DNA from: an uncultured Ectothiorhodospiraceae bacterium
GTDB taxonomy: Bacteria; Pseudomonadota; Gammaproteobacteria; CAMYNG01
NCBI GenBank assembly: GCA_947259765.1
Contig: CAMYNG010000003.1
Coordinates: forward strand, 35,540 to 99,539
Reading direction: 5' to 3'
Length of the DNA stretch: 64,000 nt
Shown piece by piece: positions 18,575-28,325 of the stretch. Each line of letters begins with the position of its first letter. Position 1 is the first letter of the stretch. The position numbers and the translations under genes were made by a program. The notes below the pieces were generated by a model. It saw nothing but the letters and a program-made list of their open reading frames with translations, was not told the DNA's origin and did no database searches.

Positions 18575-18722
18575 CTTAACCTCCACCCGGAGCCGAATTC
18601 GATAAATTGACAACCGATAACCGAAACACGGCATAATTCCTTTTTCCTCAACCGGCGAAATAGTATAGTTATTGGCCACTTACGCTGGATGCGCGGATTT
18701 CGAACCAGGTATTGATACCGTT

Positions 18723-20033
18723 ATGCCAAACACACGTGCTTTGATCGTTGACGACTCGCGCGTTGCCCGCCTGGCCTTGAGCCGAATGCTGGAGCAGTTC
18801 GGCATGGATATCGACACCGCTGACTCAGGTGAGAATGCGGTTGAGTATCTTAGTAAAAACCAACCTGACGTCATTTTCCTTGACCACATGATGCCCGGCA
18901 TTGACGGTCTGGATACCCTGCGGACTATCAAGGCAAACCCCGCCACCGAAATGATACCCGTGCTGATGTATACGTCGAAGAAGAACGACGACTATGTCGT
19001 GCTTGCACAGGAACTTGGGGCCGCCGCAGTATTACCCAAGGAAGTTAGTCCCAACGATTTAAAACAAATTCTCGGGCTTATGAATCTGGCAGGCGAGGAA
19101 CGCGCGGCCACTCCAGGTGCAGGCGTTGCAATCGAGATACCTGACGACACTGACGAGATTATTGAGGCATCCGGCGCATCCAGCGCGGCTGGCATCGAGA
19201 CAACTCCGCCGCCGGCGATGGACGACATTCGGCGGCAACTTCGTGAAGAAATTCATCTGGCGCTCGGTGATGTTAGTGAGACGCTGGCCCGCCAAAATAT
19301 GCCCCTGAGTAACCGACAATTCTACATTCGGTTTGTGTTGATTATCGGCCTGCTGGTTGCTTTGCCGCTGTGGTATTACAACTTGTATGTCGCCGCGCAG
19401 GACTCGGAACAACGCAACGTCCAGGAAAACTCACGACTACTGGCGGATTTAACCAATCGGCAGGCACAACAACGCGAAATTAACGAAACGCTGCAGAACG
19501 AGTTACTCCGCTTAAATCAAACCGCAGCCGGCTTTACCACCACGCTGGCCGAAACGCTTAACTGGTCATTAAACACCGCCGGCAGCTACGAGTTCGGCTC
19601 GCGTCCGCTCGCAGGCGAGCGATTGGCGACACTACGCAATCTTATTACACGACTCAACGCGGCCGAGTTTGAAGGGCAGATCATTATTCATGTCTATCAA
19701 GGGCGATTTTGCCTGCAACGTACCGAATTTGATCGCCTGGTACCCGCCGCTGGCACTATGGGGCTGGACAAGTGCGACAGCGAATCCTTTTTTGACGACC
19801 GCAACCCGCAATCCAGCCAATTGATGTCTCTGGAGTTTGCCGACTTTGTACAAGCCATTCCGGCCATAACCCAAGACCGGATTTCTGTGGAGGTTGTGCT
19901 GCATGACCGTGATAAACCGGTAGTACCCTACCCCGATCGCACAGACGCTGTAACGGCCGCTAACTGGAATCGCGCTGCCCAACGTAACAATCGCATTCGT
20001 ATTGTTTTGGCACCCCAACGGCAGGGTGAGTAA
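18723..20033 (+). CDS. Response-regulator receiver, TM and OmpA-like C-terminal domain protein
   Basis: REC hallmarks (ALIVDDS, DVIFLDHMMPGIDG, LMYTSK), one central TM helix, and a C-terminal ..AANWNRAAQRNNRIRIVL resembling the OmpA/MotB end. Confidence 0.7.
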   Translation: MPNTRALIVDDSRVARLALSRMLEQFGMDIDTADSGENAVEYLSKNQPDVIFLDHMMPGIDGLDTLRTIKANPATEMIPVLMYTSKKNDDYVVLAQELGAAAVLPKEVSPNDLKQILGLMNLAGEERAATPGAGVAIEIPDDTDEIIEASGASSAAGIETTPPPAMDDIRRQLREEIHLALGDVSETLARQNMPLSNRQFYIRFVLIIGLLVALPLWYYNLYVAAQDSEQRNVQENSRLLADLTNRQAQQREINETLQNELLRLNQTAAGFTTTLAETLNWSLNTAGSYEFGSRPLAGERLATLRNLITRLNAAEFEGQIIIHVYQGRFCLQRTEFDRLVPAAGTMGLDKCDSESFFDDRNPQSSQLMSLEFADFVQAIPAITQDRISVEVVLHDRDKPVVPYPDRTDAVTAANWNRAAQRNNRIRIVLAPQRQGE

Positions 20034-20120
20034 AAGAGGTAGTCGGCAGAGCTTTAGACGTTCAGCTCCAGCAGCGTGAGAGACTCCGAAAGCGCAACCA
20101 ACAGAGCCAACGCGGCTCGT

Positions 20121-20510
20121 TCACGATTTGGAAACTTTAAACCGATTGACCTTGAAACCGGAGCGCGACAGCGCCTTGTGAGCATCAATTATTGCGGCAT
20201 CCAACTCCGGCATGTCGCCTTCCAGCTGACGACGTACAGACTCTGTTTCGGCCAGGTGAAAGGCCAGCGAGTTGCACAGGCGTTGTAACAACGGTGTTTC
20301 AACATCCGGAACATTGACCGAGGGTAATTCCTGCGCGCGCAGATCGGACGGCATACCCTTGTTGCATTTGATACAGCGGCGTTTCTGCCCCTGGGCAAAC
20401 TCGATTTCCGCAGTCGGCGCACTGCGTACATGACCGCACTCGAAGATTTCCTGCGTCAGGGTTTTAAATGCGGGGTGTTGGCGATATCCCACAATACGTC
20501 GTTCAACCAT
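20121..20510 (-). CDS. Hypothetical CGH..CxxC protein, paralogue A
   Basis: Clear paralogy with 20955..21455: VGYRQHPAFKTLTQEIFECGH vs VGFRAHPEFATLIQTVYECGH, RCIKCNKGMPSDLR vs RCAKCVTGMPADLR, and PLLQRLCNSLAFHL vs PLIGKLAKALLFHM. Confidence 0.6.
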   Translation of the reverse strand: MVERRIVGYRQHPAFKTLTQEIFECGHVRSAPTAEIEFAQGQKRRCIKCNKGMPSDLRAQELPSVNVPDVETPLLQRLCNSLAFHLAETESVRRQLEGDMPELDAAIIDAHKALSRSGFKVNRFKVSKS

Positions 20511-20641
20511 ATTTTCGTCCTGTTGTTGTTCTTACCCGTGATTATTCGGCATCCTGCCGGACACGTGTTCTTAAGCTTTAATTGTCGGATATTTAATTGC
20601 AGCCAATCCAACCCACCAAGCTGGCCAAACTGACTGATTTG

Positions 20642-20923
20642 CTAGTGTAAAAAATGAACGCCAATCCCGTAGCCTTCAACACGGGGCTCACAATGGGTTA
20701 CCCGGCCACGGGCCGCCACGGTGCGCACAGGCTTGCCCCTCGGTGCCAGGTTGACCACCACCTGAACCTCATCGCCAAGACCGGGTTCGCGATCCACCAG
20801 CAGGCCCATGCCTTCCATGGAAAAGTCCACGGATTTGCACGACAGACGTTGCCCGCCCGGAATGGTGACACTGACGGGTCTCTCGAAATCGATACGTCGG
20901 TTACGTCTTCGTTCACTAATCAC
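20642..20923 (-). CDS. Single-domain PilZ protein
   Basis: RRRNRR (RxxxR) and DFSMEG (DxSxxG) motifs. The size is 93 aa. Confidence 0.75.
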   Translation of the reverse strand: MISERRRNRRIDFERPVSVTIPGGQRLSCKSVDFSMEGMGLLVDREPGLGDEVQVVVNLAPRGKPVRTVAARGRVTHCEPRVEGYGIGVHFLH

Positions 20924-20954
20924 GATTCACCCCCGTTACTGCAAAATTCCGGTT

Positions 20955-21455
20955 CTAAACCAAGGATAGATCAGGTAATTCATAATAAAACCCAACAGAG
21001 CGCTCATTTGCCGCCCCAGCTCGGGATGCGTTGCCGGCAATCACCTGCTCGCGTGAGGCATCAATGGGGTCGAAGCCCACTCCCACGGCCTCGAGGACGT
21101 CCCGGGCTTCCTTAATCGCATCTTCCACAGCAGGATCGGTCTGCCCGCGCATGTACAAGCGCTTTTCGGTAAAATTCATATGAAATAAAAGCGCTTTGGC
21201 GAGTTTGCCGATCAGGGGATGATCCACCAGCTTTAGATTACAGACCTCGCGAAACCCGCGACCTCGCAGATCTGCCGGCATACCGGTAACGCACTTGGCG
21301 CAACGGATTTCGGTAGTCGTGGGCGCCGTAAACCGCGCCAACTGACTGCTGTAGGCATGACCGCACTCGTAGACGGTCTGGATCAGGGTCGCGAATTCAG
21401 GGTGAGCGCGAAAACCGACCAGCTTGCTTTTTTCCGACTTTCCTTTTGAAACCAT
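20955..21455 (-). CDS. Hypothetical CGH..CxxC protein, paralogue B
   Basis: See paralogue A. This copy has an extra 35-aa C-terminal tail. Confidence 0.6.
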   Translation of the reverse strand: MVSKGKSEKSKLVGFRAHPEFATLIQTVYECGHAYSSQLARFTAPTTTEIRCAKCVTGMPADLRGRGFREVCNLKLVDHPLIGKLAKALLFHMNFTEKRLYMRGQTDPAVEDAIKEARDVLEAVGVGFDPIDASREQVIAGNASRAGAANERSVGFYYELPDLSLV

Positions 21456-21846
21456 GTTCTTTTTCCGTGTGTTCCTAACGGACGACAGCCCATCTGCACC
21501 CTACGGTTTGATCCCAGTTTACGTCAAAACCTGCACGGGTGAAAATCACCTGTCCGCATTACCCTACTTGCCCGCCGTGTTTGCATTCGATTCCAGCGGC
21601 AGATTTAAGGCGCGGTTTAAGTCTTCCTGACAGTCTCATCGAACTGCCTCAATTTCTAACATAGGCAAGCGAAAATAGCGAATTTGGCGGCCACTCGGCA
21701 TTTTCCCCTCTCTTTGTCGGGAAATGTTCGCGCTCTACCCCTTCAGGATTCCCTCGTAATGCCGATGGTTAAGAAAAGAAGAAACACTGATTACAGGTTT
21801 GCGGAACTGACAAGTAATTCAATTCGTCAAGCCAGGAGCAAGCACT

Positions 21847-22836
21847 ATGAAGTCGGTACTATCACTCGTTCTTTGCCTCATCGCCAGCAACACGTTCGCA
21901 TTTCAGGGCGACTGGGTCCTGACGGAGCGATTCAACAAGCAACTCCTGCTCGCCGAACAGGGTGACGCGATTGCCCAATACGACGTGGGCAGAATGTACC
22001 AACGTGGCCGCGGCATCTCGCAGGATATCAACGAAGCCCTGCGCTGGTTAAGGCGATCCGCCCAGCAGGGCAACGTATCTGCGCAGACGAGCCTGGGTGT
22101 ATTGTATTTCGAAGGCAAGCAGATCAAGCCCAACCCGAAAAAGTCCTACAGCCTGTTGCATTCCGCTGCCACGCGGGATGTGGCCCAGGCTCAATTCTAT
22201 CTGGCTCGCCTATATGAAACCGGCGTGGGCACCCGGAGCGACATGAAACTGGCTTTACGTTGGTATGAACGTGCCGCCGCGAACGGTTACTACGGCGCCG
22301 ATGACAAGGTAGCGGCGCTTCAGGCGCAACTCAAACGTCCGGCTTCGAACCGGCCAAAATCGGCAGTGAGAAAGTCGCAGCCTCAGTCCAAATCCAAATC
22401 CAAATCCAAACCGAATAAGTCGAGCACGGCGCTAAGCAAGTTACTCGCCGGCCAGTGGCAGCGCGCGACCAAACCGTCCGGCTACCTGCCGTCTGCAATT
22501 ACCCGTTGCAGCACGGTTGAAAACAATAAAGCACTGAAATGCACCTCGGAGAACCAAACGCGAAAAACCCTGGCTGCTGAAATCACCTATGCCACGCACG
22601 CCCATCTCGATGGTTTTGGCGCCAATGGCGACTTTAAGCTCAGTTATGTTAATGAGATTGCTGAAGTGCGGGTACTCGAAACTGGCAGCGCGGAAGACGA
22701 AGAAGCCGGACTTAAAGTCACGGTCAAAGCGGGCGACAAAAGCAAGGCGCATAGCCTCGTCTGCCGACTTGAGTCTGACAAAAAACTGGTTTGTGTACGC
22801 AACCAGGTTCAGAACCTGACCTTTACCACGCCCTAA
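21847..22836 (+). CDS. Exported Sel1-repeat (TPR-like) protein
   Basis: Signal peptide, and four or more Sel1 repeats (AQYDVGRMYQRGRGISQDINEALRWLRRSAQQG and others). An AGGAG Shine-Dalgarno sequence is present. Confidence 0.8.
   Translation: MKSVLSLVLCLIASNTFAFQGDWVLTERFNKQLLLAEQGDAIAQYDVGRMYQRGRGISQDINEALRWLRRSAQQGNVSAQTSLGVLYFEGKQIKPNPKKSYSLLHSAATRDVAQAQFYLARLYETGVGTRSDMKLALRWYERAAANGYYGADDKVAALQAQLKRPASNRPKSAVRKSQPQSKSKSKSKPNKSSTALSKLLAGQWQRATKPSGYLPSAITRCSTVENNKALKCTSENQTRKTLAAEITYATHAHLDGFGANGDFKLSYVNEIAEVRVLETGSAEDEEAGLKVTVKAGDKSKAHSLVCRLESDKKLVCVRNQVQNLTFTTP
22387..22410 (+). repeat. Hexanucleotide tandem repeat (TCCAAA)x4 inside the Sel1 gene
   Basis: Four perfect copies encoding SKSKSKSK. 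The unit length keeps the reading frame. Confidence 0.9.
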
Positions 22837-23034
22837 TCCGCGAAACGGATCACAAGCTGGAGCGTAAACAAGAATTTTTATCGCACCGCAGGGAACCCGC
22901 GGCCATCTCCCCACTCAAACTTAACGGGATGGAAACGGTTTTTCTGCCCCAACATTGCTTAAAGGAACCGTGGCTTCGGCCGATATTTTTAGTTGCACCC
23001 GCCACACAACGAATCTTTACGAGGTAACGAAAAC

Positions 23035-23226
23035 GTGGAACTCTCCAAACCCATCCGCAAGGTTGGCACGCATTTTGGTAAGCCGATCTTCGAATCCATT
23101 ATCAACGATGACAAGCACTACATCTTTGACCGCCTGGCGGAATGTGATGCCGACGGCTGTCCGCTTGATCAACTCGATAAGAACGAAGTACTGATAAGAC
23201 CCGGGTTGATTTATCGTCAGGCCTGA
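23035..23226 (+). CDS. Small hypothetical protein (63 aa)
   Basis: GTG start 10 nt after GAGG. Third-position C/G bias and codon choice match neighbouring genes better than the overlapping minus-strand ORF 23017..23328 does. Confidence 0.4.
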   Translation: MELSKPIRKVGTHFGKPIFESIINDDKHYIFDRLAECDADGCPLDQLDKNEVLIRPGLIYRQA

Positions 23227-23340
23227 AACTGCCAAACGCCCCCCACTTTCATTTTCCGGTAACGGAAACATCCCGCCCTGATCGCGGGATTGTATTCCGC
23301 TACCGAAGCCGAATCTAACTCTGCTCACACCCCACCCGAC

Positions 23341-24159
23341 TTACGGGTGATCCACAATCCACTTGCGAAACCCGGATTTGTCTTCTTCCGTGGCATCATC
23401 CCAAACCGCCTTGAGCTCATCCAGTATAGTAATATTGCGCCCGTCGCCCTCAACGCGACTGTCACCCGCAGTTGAGCTTGACGATGCCGCAGCGGCGCCG
23501 GCCGTTGCCGCCGTAACCACCGAGGCCGAACTTCCGCTAGCCGATGTGCCTGTGGTTCCGGTTGCGCCTGCAGCAGACGACTCGACAGGGGTCGGTGGCT
23601 GGCCTCCTTTTGGCGGTAAACCGCCGCTGGTATCCGCACCGGCGAGCCCCTGTATGCCTCGATTAACAAATGATTCGTAGGGTGAGGTACTCACAGCCGC
23701 GACCTTCTCGGACTGGTTCGGGTCCTTGATCCAGATTGCGAAATCGGTCGGAAAATTGATGGCGTCACTTTTGTTCACCGGCGCGTTGTGCTGAAGAAAG
23801 TACTTCTGCCCTGGCTTGAATTCCATTTTGAAATGATACATTTCGGTCGTAATGGATTCGACGGAGGTCGGATCACCCCAGAACTCGGTGTAGTACACGC
23901 TAACCACGCGCACGCCGGGTTTCAGGAGCATGTTATAGCCACGGTCAGGAACGTACGGCGCCTTGAGGCGCTGATCGTCCACAGCCAGCACCTGCAGACC
24001 CTCCTGCACCTTGAGGTGCACGACCTGGTCCGTCGGCAGTTCACCCTGGTACGTGATAACGGGGTCCTTAACCGAGCAACCGGCCGATACCAGTACCATT
24101 GCCACCACAGGCAGCCACACCGTGACCACGGGCAAATAGCGAAACATTCTAAAAATCAT
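23341..24159 (-). CDS. Lipoprotein (possibly DUF2057/YccT-like) with Ala/Ser/Thr/Gly-rich linker
   Basis: The internal ATG at 24159 gives a signal peptide plus lipobox (LVSAGC). The upstream part of ORF 23341..24327 looks non-coding. The conserved-looking C-terminal tail is ILDELKAVWDDATEEDKSGFRKWI. Confidence 0.55.
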   Translation of the reverse strand: MIFRMFRYLPVVTVWLPVVAMVLVSAGCSVKDPVITYQGELPTDQVVHLKVQEGLQVLAVDDQRLKAPYVPDRGYNMLLKPGVRVVSVYYTEFWGDPTSVESITTEMYHFKMEFKPGQKYFLQHNAPVNKSDAINFPTDFAIWIKDPNQSEKVAAVSTSPYESFVNRGIQGLAGADTSGGLPPKGGQPPTPVESSAAGATGTTGTSASGSSASVVTAATAGAAAASSSSTAGDSRVEGDGRNITILDELKAVWDDATEEDKSGFRKWIVDHP

Positions 24160-24442
24160 TAAGTTAACCCTTACGTTGGAAACCGCGGCCGGCCCACCTG
24201 CCGCCGGAGCAAACCCGGCAACCGTAACACAGACTGTAGCCCCTGAAAAAACAGCGCTGCCGGCGCTAATACCGGCGGCCGGAAAAAACGGCTTATGATA
24301 CCGCGGTTCTGCAGCGCTCCAAACCACTCTTTAAGGAACCCATCCGCCGCCTGCCGGTCACGAGGGCAACACTGAAAAAAAGTGTGTGTGGGGGCGAAAG
24401 GAATACGGTAGAAAGCGTCAGAGAATTAGAGACAGCCGTGGA

Positions 24443-26596
24443 TCAAGCACGGCGTTGTGCGAGGGATTTTCGTACCGATTCCATGGTTTTTTGCATGCTG
24501 ACTGAATCTGCCAACAGCTTTTCAAACTCGCCGGCGCTCAGGGGGCGGCTAAACAGGAACCCCTGGATGCTTTTGCACCCCAGGGCATGCAGGTAGGCGA
24601 GTTCCTGCGCGTTCTCGACACCTTCGGCCACCACATTCAGGCGTAAGCTGTGTGATAGGGCCATGATGGCCGTTACAATCGCGGCGTTATCGTTATCCTT
24701 GCGGTTATGTACATTGGATACAAAAGAACGATCGATTTTTAGCGTATTAATGGGAAAGCGCTGTAAATAACTCAGCGACGAGTAACCGGTACCAAAGTCA
24801 TCCACCGCGATACTGACGCCCATTTCCCTGAGTTTGCCGAGTACCGCAATATTCTTGTCCACATCATCCATCAGGCAGCTTTCGGTCACCTCCACCTCGA
24901 GAAATTCGGGCGACAGCTCAGTCTCCTGAATGGACTCCTGCACTGACGCAATAAAATCCTCATGGTTAAATTGCACGCCGGACACATTGACCGCCACGGG
25001 CACTGCGGGCAAACCCATTTGCTGCCAGGATCGATTCAGCCGGCAGGCCTCATGAAGCACCCAGGCGCCGACCTGAATGATAAGACCGGACTCCTCCAAT
25101 AAGGGGATAAACTCCAGCGGCGAAACCAGTCCATGCTCAGGATGCTGCCAGCGCAACAACGCTTCGGAACCGATTATGTCACCCGAGGTAGCGTTGACCT
25201 TGGGCTGAAAATACAGCTCGAATTCATCACGCCCCAAGGCCGTATGCAGTTCCTGCAGGCGTCTCTTCTGGCCGTGTATTTTCTCGTGGGTCGCAGCCTC
25301 GAAAAAATGATAACAGGCCACATCGCTGTTTTGCTTGGCGTGATACATCGCCACGTCTGCATGGCTGATGAGTTCCTCTATTCCCGGCCCATCATCTGGA
25401 AACACCGAGATACCAATACTGGCGCGCATGGGTACGTCCTTACCCTCGGTCGTGACCGGACTTTGCAGACATTGACATATGCGGTCGGCAAATACTTGCG
25501 CCTCACGCACTTCCGTTACCGCACGCATTACGATTGTAAATTCGTCACCGCCGATACGCGCAACCGTGTCGTAATCACGCATGGTCTTGCCGAGACGACG
25601 AGCCACTTCCACAAGCATCGCATCTCCAGCGTGGTGCCCGAGCGTGTCATTAACGATCTTGAACCGATCGAGGTCAAGATACATTAAAACGACTTTGTGA
25701 CCGGTACGCCGAGCTTCCTTGATGGCATTGGAAAAACGGTCCATAAACAAGGCGCGGTTGGGTAAGCCGGTCAGATGATCATGGGTCGCCTGCTTGTGAA
25801 TTTCGATCTGCTGGCGGTTGATTATGCCTTGTGCGTAACGCACCACCCAGAACAAGAGTACGTAGGTAAAAGCCGCGATTGCAATGATCCCCACCACGAC
25901 CTTTACCAGAGTAATTCGTGAGTCGGCGACTTGTTCTGACACGTCGCTGTAAATCTCGAACACGGCCTCAATGCTGCCAGCGTTATTTTTAATGGGCAGG
26001 TAACTGGATACAATATTTACGTCGGTTATAAGTTCGTCGCGAGCATAGAAAGTGTCGCGATGGGAAAATCGTGTGACAAGCTCGCCTTGGGCCGCCCGCG
26101 CAATCTCCTGGCTACCGAATTTATTCTGCCCGATCTCGTCGCGCGCCGTTGAAAACAAAATGAAGGCGTCGGGGGTATAAATTTTGACCTTGACGATCCG
26201 CGTATCGCGGGTGTGGTCACGAATACGATCATCTATGGTTGCGACGATCCTGCTTTCCTGCAACGCCGCAGGCCTGGCTGCCGCTGAAGCCAGCAAGTGC
26301 TGCTTGTTTTCCTGCCAGACATAATTGGACATCACCGTGGCCAAAGCCGCGTTCTTGCTCTCACTGAGTTCAAGCAGATTTTGATGAAAATAGCCGTTGA
26401 TCAAAAACGCCAGGGCAATACTCGTCGCCGCCATTATCGCCAGGGCCAGCCAGGCAAAGGGACGCAACAAATTAAACGGTCGAAAATCTCGGCTGTGTTC
26501 CACGGAAAATTCTTTCAGGGGTTTGTGTATTGACTCCCTGAAATATATCGGCCATTTGGCGTGGATAGTTAGCCGCACAGGCACTCCGGACGTCAC
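24443..26596 (-). CDS. GGDEF-EAL protein with membrane-flanked periplasmic sensor region
   Basis: RIGGDEF, EALLRW, DDFGTGYSSL, and two TM segments bracketing about 200 aa. The exact start is uncertain. Confidence 0.9.
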   Translation of the reverse strand: MTSGVPVRLTIHAKWPIYFRESIHKPLKEFSVEHSRDFRPFNLLRPFAWLALAIMAATSIALAFLINGYFHQNLLELSESKNAALATVMSNYVWQENKQHLLASAAARPAALQESRIVATIDDRIRDHTRDTRIVKVKIYTPDAFILFSTARDEIGQNKFGSQEIARAAQGELVTRFSHRDTFYARDELITDVNIVSSYLPIKNNAGSIEAVFEIYSDVSEQVADSRITLVKVVVGIIAIAAFTYVLLFWVVRYAQGIINRQQIEIHKQATHDHLTGLPNRALFMDRFSNAIKEARRTGHKVVLMYLDLDRFKIVNDTLGHHAGDAMLVEVARRLGKTMRDYDTVARIGGDEFTIVMRAVTEVREAQVFADRICQCLQSPVTTEGKDVPMRASIGISVFPDDGPGIEELISHADVAMYHAKQNSDVACYHFFEAATHEKIHGQKRRLQELHTALGRDEFELYFQPKVNATSGDIIGSEALLRWQHPEHGLVSPLEFIPLLEESGLIIQVGAWVLHEACRLNRSWQQMGLPAVPVAVNVSGVQFNHEDFIASVQESIQETELSPEFLEVEVTESCLMDDVDKNIAVLGKLREMGVSIAVDDFGTGYSSLSYLQRFPINTLKIDRSFVSNVHNRKDNDNAAIVTAIMALSHSLRLNVVAEGVENAQELAYLHALGCKSIQGFLFSRPLSAGEFEKLLADSVSMQKTMESVRKSLAQRRA

Positions 26597-26696
26597 GCTG
26601 CCCGGTGTTTTAATTGTTATTTAAAACAATAAGTTAGAAAGATGGATAACTACGGGTATGGCCATGCGTGCGCCGATCATTTTCGAGCGGCCACGC

Positions 26697-27068
26697 CTAG
26701 TCGGAAAACTTGTCGTATTCGGAAAACATACCCCACTGGTCGCGTAGTTCTTTGAGACCATAGCGACCGCCGCGAAACTCATAATCGACAAGCTTTAGCG
26801 CAACGCCTTTGCGCGTCTGGCGCACAACCTTGGCGTTAAACAGAAGTTCCGGACTGGCCGAATCCACAAACTGTAAATTCACGTGACTACCCAATGGTAG
26901 GATGGGACAGTCCTTGAGCGTGATAAACACGCCACTATCGGAAATATCCATGGTGTTGCCTTCAACTTCACCAAAAACACTATGGCTCACCTTCACTCGG
27001 GCGCGGGTGCGATTGCGCCATTTCGTACGTCGTTCCTTCATTCCCATCCTTTTAACCCGGCTATCCAT
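26697..27068 (-). CDS. Single-domain PilZ protein (PilZ-1)
   Basis: RRTKWRNR and DISDSG motifs. The C-terminal GVALKLVDYEF..LKELRDQW is paralogous to PilZ-2. An alternative start at 27041 has an AGGA Shine-Dalgarno sequence. The upstream part of ORF 26697..27254 overlaps the preceding gene and is rejected. Confidence 0.7.
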   Translation of the reverse strand: MDSRVKRMGMKERRTKWRNRTRARVKVSHSVFGEVEGNTMDISDSGVFITLKDCPILPLGSHVNLQFVDSASPELLFNAKVVRQTRKGVALKLVDYEFRGGRYGLKELRDQWGMFSEYDKFSD

Positions 27069-27096
27069 AATCAATTTTCGTTCGCATAAGATTAGC

Positions 27097-27141
27097 GTAA
27101 AAATACCGGCCGACTCAACGCCCGAGTGGTCCGGGTATTTA
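27097..27141 (-). terminator. Possible intrinsic terminator overlapping the App1-like stop codon
   Basis: Minus-strand AAATACC(C)GG...CCGGTATTT followed by TT, a stem of about 9 bp with one bulge and a large (~21-nt) loop. Confidence 0.35.
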
Positions 27142-28254
27142 CCTGGTGGTAATTCGGTTAGGAAGTTCACTTGCGTGAGTAAACAACATCCAGCGGGATT
27201 TCGGTAGGCCGGTGAATGCCGCCCGTAACCTGTGCGAAGACACATCGTTATCATCGATTTTACGGATATAAATGGCCGTCACCTGCCCTGGAAACTCCCG
27301 CGCCAGCGAGGCGTAGATCTCGGCGTCACGTTCGCCGGAATCACCCACCAACACAAACTGCCGCTGCGGAAAGCGGCGCAGCAAGCTCCGAAGCACGGGC
27401 GGCTTGGTCTTGTCCGAGGACGCAAACAGGTTTTTTACCGTGCCGTCCTTGAGACGGAACGTTTTAAGATGGACGCTGCCGGCCGGAAACCCGGTATCCT
27501 GCATAAACTCACTCAACGCCGGATAGAGCTGCCAGGGTGAGGCGGATACATAGTGAAATCCTGCCCCGGCCTCGGCCCACTTTCGGTACACGGACGCCAT
27601 ACCCGGGACGGGGTTGAAGGGATGCAGGAACGTGTTGGCCAACAGCGCGGATTTATCCAGCACTTCGCTGTGTTTGATGGTGTCATCAATATCGGAAATG
27701 ACAGACACGCCACGCTCGGCAAGCAATTGAACCCGGCCATCGGTTACGTTGGCGCCGGAATTTCCTGTATCTATGCTAACACCCAGCCATTGCCCCGACT
27801 TACCCACCGCCGACTCGGGGGCCAGGCGAAGTGTGGTGCTGAAATGCCCGTTGGCGCCACTGGGTGGTGTTGTAACCTGTTGGCCACCGATGGTGAGCGC
27901 TAATTGCTTACCGCGCTCGTTGTCGACCAGAAACATTCGGGCACGACTGCGGAACGGCTCTTGTGTGATGGTCTCCTGCGACGCCCCCAGGCTTTCCAGC
28001 AACACGTCCATGAGCGTCGAACGCCACCAGGAATCCTCCTCCAGTTCAAACAGCCATCCGTGTAACGGGATGAGCCAATGGCCATCTTCTTTATGGGCGC
28101 TGGTGGGAAACACAATGGCACTTTCGTCCGCTTTCAAACCGGCGGCTCCGGCAAACGGAACGCCGAGCAGGATTAGCAGTGCCGCGGCGACAAGCAGGTT
28201 ACAAAAACGACCAACTGGTGCGCAGCTGAAGGGTATTCCATTTACTGGTCGCAT
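27139..28254 (-). CDS. App1-family (DUF2183) phosphatidate phosphatase-like protein, exported or membrane-anchored
   Basis: VISDIDDTIKHS (DxDxT), VLVGDSGERDAEIY and an N-terminal signal/anchor sequence. Confidence 0.7.
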   Translation of the reverse strand: MRPVNGIPFSCAPVGRFCNLLVAAALLILLGVPFAGAAGLKADESAIVFPTSAHKEDGHWLIPLHGWLFELEEDSWWRSTLMDVLLESLGASQETITQEPFRSRARMFLVDNERGKQLALTIGGQQVTTPPSGANGHFSTTLRLAPESAVGKSGQWLGVSIDTGNSGANVTDGRVQLLAERGVSVISDIDDTIKHSEVLDKSALLANTFLHPFNPVPGMASVYRKWAEAGAGFHYVSASPWQLYPALSEFMQDTGFPAGSVHLKTFRLKDGTVKNLFASSDKTKPPVLRSLLRRFPQRQFVLVGDSGERDAEIYASLAREFPGQVTAIYIRKIDDNDVSSHRLRAAFTGLPKSRWMLFTHASELPNRITTR

Positions 28255-28325
28255 TTTCTAAACGAGTCACGTAGTAAGATTTTCGCCAGGCTGTCAGACG
28301 ACGAATTAACTTGCCACGCCGGACC

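Noticed and set aside
23064-23079. Sigma-54-like element TGGCAC-gcatt-TTGG.
   Set aside because: The essential -12 GC is replaced by GG. The element also lies inside the probable small CDS.
23017-23328. A 103-aa minus-strand ORF overlapping the 63-aa plus-strand candidate.
   Set aside because: The plus-strand frame has the better codon third-position bias and a Shine-Dalgarno sequence. The two cannot both be coding, although this remains uncertain.
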